This document shows, one piece after another, positions 58,383-64,000 of a stretch of DNA of 64,000 bases. The notes below the pieces were generated by a model. That model saw only the letters and a program-made list of their open reading frames with translations, ran no database searches and was not told where the DNA came from. Each line of letters starts with the position of its first letter. Position 1 is the first letter of the stretch. Origin of the DNA: Fibrobacterales bacterium (lineage in GTDB: Bacteria > Fibrobacterota > Fibrobacteria > Fibrobacterales > JAOPTW01); NCBI GenBank assembly GCA_051532035.1, contig JAOPTW010000056.1, forward strand, positions 20,613 through 84,612. Direction: 5' to 3'. Made by a program: the position numbers and the translations under genes.

Positions 58383-58548
58383 GGAAATACGGGAAGATCA
58401 TAAAAACAGTGAACAATAATGTGTATTAAAAATGACGTTTTTGTATCGTAAACGACACTTTTGAATAAAAGTGTCGTCGGGTGTCAGCTATATATAATAT
58501 TATACCAATTTTCTAAAAAAGATTGAGTTACATTTTTGTCATAGGGTA

Positions 58549-59835
58549 TTATCGAATATGCCACCGTCTTGTGGTGCTTTTCTCAAAAAATCCAGCATTG
58601 AAATCGATTGAAAGGTGGGTAACATTTTGACTGAATTCGAATCGGAGTCGCTCGGCACCAGGAACAAGTAAATGAATACCTGTATAATACGCATACCCAT
58701 GATTCCTTTCTCCATCATTGAGAAACATACCATAGTCTATTCCAGCGACAGCCTGGAGCCCAAGGAAGAAGTTTACACCGAACAGAGTTAGGCTTTTGTG
58801 GTGAAAAAATTCGTAGGCATATTCTGTGGTAAGGAGTAGTTCGCTGGTACCCGAAAAAGCTTTATTGTCATAGCCTGCAAGAACATTGGCACCACCACTT
58901 CTATAATATTCATATTGGCTCAACGTTCCATCACGATATTCTCCGAGTCCATACATTCTAAAAAGGTGGTGGGCGGCGGGGTGAAAATATTTTCTAATAT
59001 CGAGGAGATATTCAGTGTATCTGATGTCGCCTCCAGCGATTGACCCTGTTTGAGAAAATCGAGCTTCTGTATAGTGTCCCTCAAATGGGTTGAAGCGTGC
59101 ATTACGGGTGTCGTGAGACAGTCCAATGTGGAGTCGATTTGCGGTCTCGTGTAGTGAACCAGAACTCATAATATCTGCTCGGTCAGAAATCATATAGTAA
59201 GAGCGCCCGCCCCATAGTATATCGAGATGAGATGCCAAAGGATAGGAGAACTCACCTTGCAAGAGGTGGGAGTTTTCATTAAAATCAATGATACTGTTGT
59301 ACCGCTCTGTCTTGATATAGGCAATTTGATATTCAATGGGGAGGTCGAAAAAATAGGGTGATGAAACGACAAACATATACTCTTGTACTGATGCAAAAGA
59401 GGGTCTAAAGCCGTATCGAGCAAAGGCTTCGAGTCGTATGTCGTTTCCTAAAAAATTGAGAGAGGCGAGTATTGCGCCTGCCCTCCAACCATCCTGGTCG
59501 GTCTTACCAATGGTTGGTACGACAATATAGGCAGGGAGTTCTTTGAAGGTGTAGGTGAGAGTCTTTTTTGATGCGACTGTGTCGACGGATACCGAGATAG
59601 ACGAAAATACATCAAGGTTCATGAGGCGTTGCTTCTCTTTGGTAAATGCCTCGCACTGAAATGGAGTACCAGTAGCGTGAGTCAGTTCTCTTTCGATTAC
59701 CTTAGGAAGCGTTGTTTTTATACCCGAGAAAGCTATTGAATCAATAGGCATGCCTTCTGCAGCTGTAGGGCATTTTTCGGGGGCTGCAAAAATAGTTGTA
59801 GCAGTTAAAAGAAAGAGAGTGATGAGCTGTTTCAT
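58549..59835 (-). CDS. Omp85/BamA-TamA family outer-membrane protein with one POTRA domain
   Basis: I..I.F.G...T...VI.REL, L.NL..FS, N..G, DTRN..FNP..G, GG...L.GY. Confidence 0.8.
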   Translation of the reverse strand: MKQLITLFLLTATTIFAAPEKCPTAAEGMPIDSIAFSGIKTTLPKVIERELTHATGTPFQCEAFTKEKQRLMNLDVFSSISVSVDTVASKKTLTYTFKELPAYIVVPTIGKTDQDGWRAGAILASLNFLGNDIRLEAFARYGFRPSFASVQEYMFVVSSPYFFDLPIEYQIAYIKTERYNSIIDFNENSHLLQGEFSYPLASHLDILWGGRSYYMISDRADIMSSGSLHETANRLHIGLSHDTRNARFNPFEGHYTEARFSQTGSIAGGDIRYTEYLLDIRKYFHPAAHHLFRMYGLGEYRDGTLSQYEYYRSGGANVLAGYDNKAFSGTSELLLTTEYAYEFFHHKSLTLFGVNFFLGLQAVAGIDYGMFLNDGERNHGYAYYTGIHLLVPGAERLRFEFSQNVTHLSIDFNAGFFEKSTTRRWHIR

Positions 59836-60077
59836 GGAATTCCATTGTCATGATATTTATCATTAGTCATGGAAAGACAATATAGCTTACAAAGAGAATT
59901 GCTCATTTGATATTTTAAAGAATAGGAGTGTGTACTTTAAATTTATGGAATGATTTTCGTGCCGAGTAATAGGCTATTCATCAGAATATTCTGCTCACTC
60001 ACAGTCACGTTCATTCTTAGTCAAAAGGTCACTTCCCCGGCGGTAAAGGCCAAAGGAGGTGCCTTTTTCTTTCGATA

Positions 60078-60536
60078 CTAGAATTGTGCAGTTTCTCTCT
60101 GTAGACTGTTTGAGAGTTGATCGGCTGCGTTGTGGTTCTTACAAATACCTTTAAGGTAAAGGTGGTGCTCTTTGATCTCAACAATATCGAGGAGACTTGA
60201 ACTGAGCATCGCTTGATTTACTTCAAAATCATAAATCTTGTTGCAATCTTCACAGATAAAGTGGCCATGAATATGGGTATCAGAATCATATCTCATCTCA
60301 TTTTCATCGATTGTAAGCTGAGTAACCAGTCTATGTTTATGAAACTCTTTAAGAGTATTATATATAGTAGTTTTAGAAAGTGTAGGTATTTCAGATCTAA
60401 GGTCTACAAATATTTCATCAACACTGGGGTGGTTTCTCTTTTGAACAAGGTAATCATAAATCTTGATTCTTTGATGTGAAGGGCGAATTCCGTGTTTAAT
60501 AAGCTGATCACGTGTATTTATTCTACTTACAACCAT
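60078..60536 (-). CDS. Fur family regulator, PerR-like
   Basis: PS.QR..I..YL....HP, TLSKTT.YNTL, RYD....H.HF.C..C..I.D, G.C. Confidence 0.88.
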   Translation of the reverse strand: MVVSRINTRDQLIKHGIRPSHQRIKIYDYLVQKRNHPSVDEIFVDLRSEIPTLSKTTIYNTLKEFHKHRLVTQLTIDENEMRYDSDTHIHGHFICEDCNKIYDFEVNQAMLSSSLLDIVEIKEHHLYLKGICKNHNAADQLSNSLQRETAQF

Positions 60537-60831
60537 GATAGATACTCCATTTGTGTTAACTACAACTTGATTTGTGTACTTAACCTGTATTCATTACATA
60601 TATAATACATAAACCAGCTATCATAACCAATGTGGAATGAGTACAAATTACTAAGTTGTAATGGATGTTTGCATAAGTTTACATTCTGTTACATAATAAC
60701 GTTTGATTTGAGGGTGAAATTGTGACACTATGAGAACAACATTTGCTTTAAATTACATGGATTGTGCTATTTGTCATTTATATGACAAGTTGAGTGGTTA
60801 TTATTTTGAATAAAGAGCAGGGATAGAGTGA

Positions 60832-61956
60832 ATGAACCGATTAATGGATACTATTCTCCTTGCGAGTTCACTTTTAGTGATAATAAGTGGGTGTGCTCTG
60901 AGGGGGGATATGGAAAAGAGATTTGATACTCAAACAGTATCTGAGATTAGGGACCAGATGAATAATGCAAAATTTGAACCTGACGATGGGAAAGTGATTC
61001 TTTTTATTGGACAAGACCTTAATGCCGTAGGTGGAGTTTCATTTTCAAAAGAGGAATCGGGCTGGGGGCGTGATGGTTCATCTGGTTACTTAAATGATGA
61101 TGCACTTCCGGTTCCGGCAGGAATAACAACCTATACTAATGTTTCGAATCAAGGTCTTTGGAGCCATATTGAGTACGGTGCGGGTGACTATTATCTCGAT
61201 CATCAGTTATCTCACGAAGCCTTGAGTAATAAAGCAATCTCTATTGGGTATTGGATGCTGGGGGATGAAGGTGCTATAACTGCTGGGGCAAGGGATACTG
61301 AGCTGATAGCTTTGGCGGAATACTTTAAACAGCTTGCCCCTCGACCAATTTTTTTCCGTATCGGATATGAATTTAACTTTACTGGTTATGACCCGGCAGT
61401 GTATAGAACAGCTTTCATTCATATCTGGGAACTGATGAAGCGCGAAGGGGTTTCGAATGTAGCATATGTATGGCAGAGTAATGGTAACGAGCCCATTAGT
61501 TATAATTATGAACCGTGGTATCCGGGGGATCGTTATGTGGATTGGGTTGGGTATTCTCACTTTAGTGGTATGCAGAGCGCCGGTGCTGCCTATGGAGAGG
61601 CGATGATCGCTTTCGGAAAGGCGCATGATAAACCGATCATGATTGCTGAAGCTTGCGCTAATAATGTTGATTTTGAAAAACCTGAGGATACCTCAAAGGC
61701 TCGAGAGTGGTTTGATATGCTTTGGAGGCACTTGGACTTGCACCCTGAAATTAAGGCATTGGCTTATATCAGTGTAGACTGGAAAAATCAAGCTATGTGG
61801 AAGTCCATGGACTTTTGGAAAAAGACCGATTCTCGCATTGAGATAAATGAGGAGATTAAGAAGGCGTGGATTGATCAAATGCAACAAAAAAGGTGGATCT
61901 TAGGGAATGATTCACTCTATCAAAAACTCAAGGGCCACTCAGATGCCGTTAGGTAA
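60832..61956 (+). CDS. GH26 glycoside hydrolase lipoprotein (beta-1,3-xylanase/mannanase-like)
   Basis: Lipobox ISGC; LFIGQDL, RIGYEF (acid/base), WYPGD.YVDW.G.S, KPIMIAE (nucleophile). Confidence 0.82.
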   Translation: MNRLMDTILLASSLLVIISGCALRGDMEKRFDTQTVSEIRDQMNNAKFEPDDGKVILFIGQDLNAVGGVSFSKEESGWGRDGSSGYLNDDALPVPAGITTYTNVSNQGLWSHIEYGAGDYYLDHQLSHEALSNKAISIGYWMLGDEGAITAGARDTELIALAEYFKQLAPRPIFFRIGYEFNFTGYDPAVYRTAFIHIWELMKREGVSNVAYVWQSNGNEPISYNYEPWYPGDRYVDWVGYSHFSGMQSAGAAYGEAMIAFGKAHDKPIMIAEACANNVDFEKPEDTSKAREWFDMLWRHLDLHPEIKALAYISVDWKNQAMWKSMDFWKKTDSRIEINEEIKKAWIDQMQQKRWILGNDSLYQKLKGHSDAVR

Positions 61957-62056
61957 CTATACACATAATTGCCCTATACGGTTCAAAAAGTGTATTAAAG
62001 TGTAACAAACAGTTTCTTTTTTCTATTAAACTTGAATTGTATGGAGATCTATAGTA

Positions 62057-62082
62057 AGTTAGTAAGTGATTACTTACTAACT
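62057..62082. promoter_or_regulatory. Probable TetR operator
   Basis: Perfect 11-bp inverted repeat AGTTAGTAAGT-GATT-ACTTACTAACT, 8 nt before the TetR ATG. Confidence 0.75.
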
Positions 62083-62090
62083 GGTTCGGT

Positions 62091-62696
62091 ATGAGACCAC
62101 AACAATTTACTAATGAAGAGCTGATAATCTGCGCGAGGAAACTTTTCATAGAACAGGGCAGCCAAATCTCTATGAGTGTCATTGCTCAAGAAATGGGTGT
62201 TTCTCAAGCGGCACTCTTTAAGCGGTTCAAAACAAAACGTGAACTTATTATAGAGTCTCTTGCCGTTCGAGAGGTACCCGCTTGGATATTACAGGTTAAA
62301 GACCTCCCTGATTCGCGTTCTTTTAAGAAACAACTCTCTGAAATTTTAAATAATCTCGCAACTTTTTTTAAAGAGTTAGCTCCTGTCATTAATATCATGC
62401 GTATAGAGAATATAGATATGAATGAACTATTGGACAAAGTCGCTGTCCCACCACCTGTTATGGCGATAAATGAACTAACCGCATGGCTTACCCGCTGTAA
62501 TAGCGTTGGGCTCATTGGCTCTGTGCCCTATGGAACTCTTGCGAAAATGATTTTAGGGAGTGTCCATATGAATATGATGCTGTGCCATTTGAACGATGTG
62601 GATTGTATGAAGAGCCTTATGGACGACCCCGAAGTGTTTGTAGAAGAAATTGCACTAATAGTATCAAAGTTTTCTCCAGGAGAAATAGATGAGTAG
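62091..62696 (+). CDS. TetR/AcrR family regulator
   Basis: A..LF...G...S...IA...GVS.AALFKRF.TK.EL. Confidence 0.92.
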   Translation: MRPQQFTNEELIICARKLFIEQGSQISMSVIAQEMGVSQAALFKRFKTKRELIIESLAVREVPAWILQVKDLPDSRSFKKQLSEILNNLATFFKELAPVINIMRIENIDMNELLDKVAVPPPVMAINELTAWLTRCNSVGLIGSVPYGTLAKMILGSVHMNMMLCHLNDVDCMKSLMDDPEVFVEEIALIVSKFSPGEIDE

Positions 62697-64000
62697 AATA
62701 CTAATATGGATCGTTATGGGATTGGTCGTAATACCTTTCGCTGAAGAGGGGCAGTGGTGGAGTCATTTTAACGTACCACAACTCGATACTGTCATTGAAA
62801 GTACCCTGCTCCATAATGGTGATCTCGCCGCTATGCAAGAGCGAGTGAAAAGTGCTGAGGCGAGAGCTGATCAGAGTGCAGTAGTGCTGTATCCCTCCCT
62901 TACTGCATCCGTTGGGGTGAACTACTTTCCAAAGACTACGGGGGGGATGCCTGGAGTTGTAATGAATCCTGTTACTCAGAATTTTAATTTGGGTATGGTC
63001 CCTGAGGAGACTCAACTGTATGGCACTGGGCAAGCAGGGCTTTCGGCGCGGTATACCATTGATGCATGGGGGGCTGGTTTCCAGAGTCGCCGTTCTGCAG
63101 GGTACAGCGCAAAGGCTATAACACATGATGCGACTTCGGTTGCCTTAAAAATGACCAGTGTCGTTACCCTTACCTATTTTGATTTTTTATATAGCAAAAG
63201 CCTTTTAAAGATTATAGAAGAACAAATAGCATCATCCACAGAGATACTAGAGATGACGCGTGCGCGCTACCGGTCGGGTGAGCATTCGCTCTTGCCGGTA
63301 TTGCAGCAAGAACAAGCATTGGCGAGCCGAAAAGCTCAACTGCCTTCAGCCAAGCGAGGGGTGTTTTCAGCAGAGCTTCATTTAAAAACACTTTCGGGAA
63401 TTGAAACAATACCGAAAGCAAATAATCTCCCTTTCGTGCAAGATCTTATTCTTATTTCGCCTAATACCATTGTTGAAAAACGCCCAGACATACAGGCCGA
63501 GCGCCTCCGCATTAAAGCCCATGAGCATAGTCACAAGGCTGCGTTACTTGGGCATCTTCCTAAAATTGAACTCACGGGTATGGTGGGGTATGACTATACT
63601 GTTGAGCCTAAAACAAATAGTGATCAAGCGTGGGCGGTCGGCGCTAACCTCACCCTTCCTCTTTTTGCGGGGTTTGCAACGTCAAGTGGGCATGCGGTAA
63701 CTAAGGCAGAACTCAGAGCGGCAGAGCAGAGTTTGAAGCAAAAGATAACAGCGACACACAGTGAGCTCACACTCCAAGAGGCGACTATTATAACACAGCA
63801 AGAAACTTTTGATGCATGGAGAAATAACCGGGATGCAGCACAGAAGGCTTTTAATGAAGCGAAAAAACAATATACCAATGGCTTAACAACGTATCTTGAA
63901 GTGCTTAATGCACTCAACGCTTTGGCTCAAGCAGAAATTAACCTTTTAAATGCACACATGATGGTGCTTACAGCGCAGGTACAGTATATCGAGATGCGCG
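62689..64000 (+). CDS. TolC/NodT family outer-membrane efflux protein (3' end beyond window)
   Basis: Missing from the ORF track because no stop occurs in the window; MSRILIW...WWSHF..PQL..VI...L.HN.DL, RPDI.A; AGGAG upstream; overlaps TetR stop. Confidence 0.85.
   Translation, partial: MSRILIWIVMGLVVIPFAEEGQWWSHFNVPQLDTVIESTLLHNGDLAAMQERVKSAEARADQSAVVLYPSLTASVGVNYFPKTTGGMPGVVMNPVTQNFNLGMVPEETQLYGTGQAGLSARYTIDAWGAGFQSRRSAGYSAKAITHDATSVALKMTSVVTLTYFDFLYSKSLLKIIEEQIASSTEILEMTRARYRSGEHSLLPVLQQEQALASRKAQLPSAKRGVFSAELHLKTLSGIETIPKANNLPFVQDLILISPNTIVEKRPDIQAERLRIKAHEHSHKAALLGHLPKIELTGMVGYDYTVEPKTNSDQAWAVGANLTLPLFAGFATSSGHAVTKAELRAAEQSLKQKITATHSELTLQEATIITQQETFDAWRNNRDAAQKAFNEAKKQYTNGLTTYLEVLNALNALAQAEINLLNAHMMVLTAQVQYIEMR

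Noticed and set aside
60017..60070. Plus-strand hairpin with T-tail between two minus-strand genes (riboswitch or sRNA?)
   Set aside because: Imperfect stem, no riboswitch consensus recognised and no convincing promoter
61207..61626. 139-aa minus ORF
   Set aside because: Antisense to the GH26 gene; no coding features
62701..63917. Several short ORFs listed near the window end
   Set aside because: All overlap the open TolC-family frame starting at 62689

Overview
A 64-kb, AT-rich bacterial chromosome segment, mostly housekeeping genes with interspersed envelope and polysaccharide genes. I see no mobile element, prophage or CRISPR array. A Fibrobacterota origin is inferred (not proven) from a TGCNC-N4-GTGCA LexA-type box at recA, Ser-rich-linker lipoproteins and a Fibrobacter-like C-terminal domain on a 1552-aa secreted protein. 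Recognisable genes: aroE, hflX, guaA, pepA, type B L31, prfC, a MurU/AmgK-like pair, glgB, tRNA-Val and two identical tRNA-Asp, a 7TM-HD phosphohydrolase, phoH, aspS, yicC, prfB (with +1 frameshift), lysS, recA, cinA, acnB, malic enzyme, two Fur/PerR paralogs, an Omp85 protein, a GH26 hydrolase and TetR plus a TolC-type efflux gene cut by the window end. The most striking item is one 879-aa ORF (50232-52871) fusing a complete isocitrate dehydrogenase to a complete eukaryote-like citrate synthase. Its linker carries A10 and A9 tracts with an in-phase A-AAA-AAG slippery heptamer and nearby stops in both other frames, and it faces an acnB/malic-enzyme operon. Other notable items: an archaeal/eukaryote-type (CDKAL1/e-MtaB-like) tRNA methylthiotransferase, a CDS whose stop codon lies inside tRNA-Val, a candidate CRP-activated small RNA, an FNR-box-preceded Fur paralog lacking sensor ligands, and an Lpp/OprI-like lipoprotein paired with a LysM coiled-coil protein. 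All assignments come from reading motifs by eye; no database searches were run.
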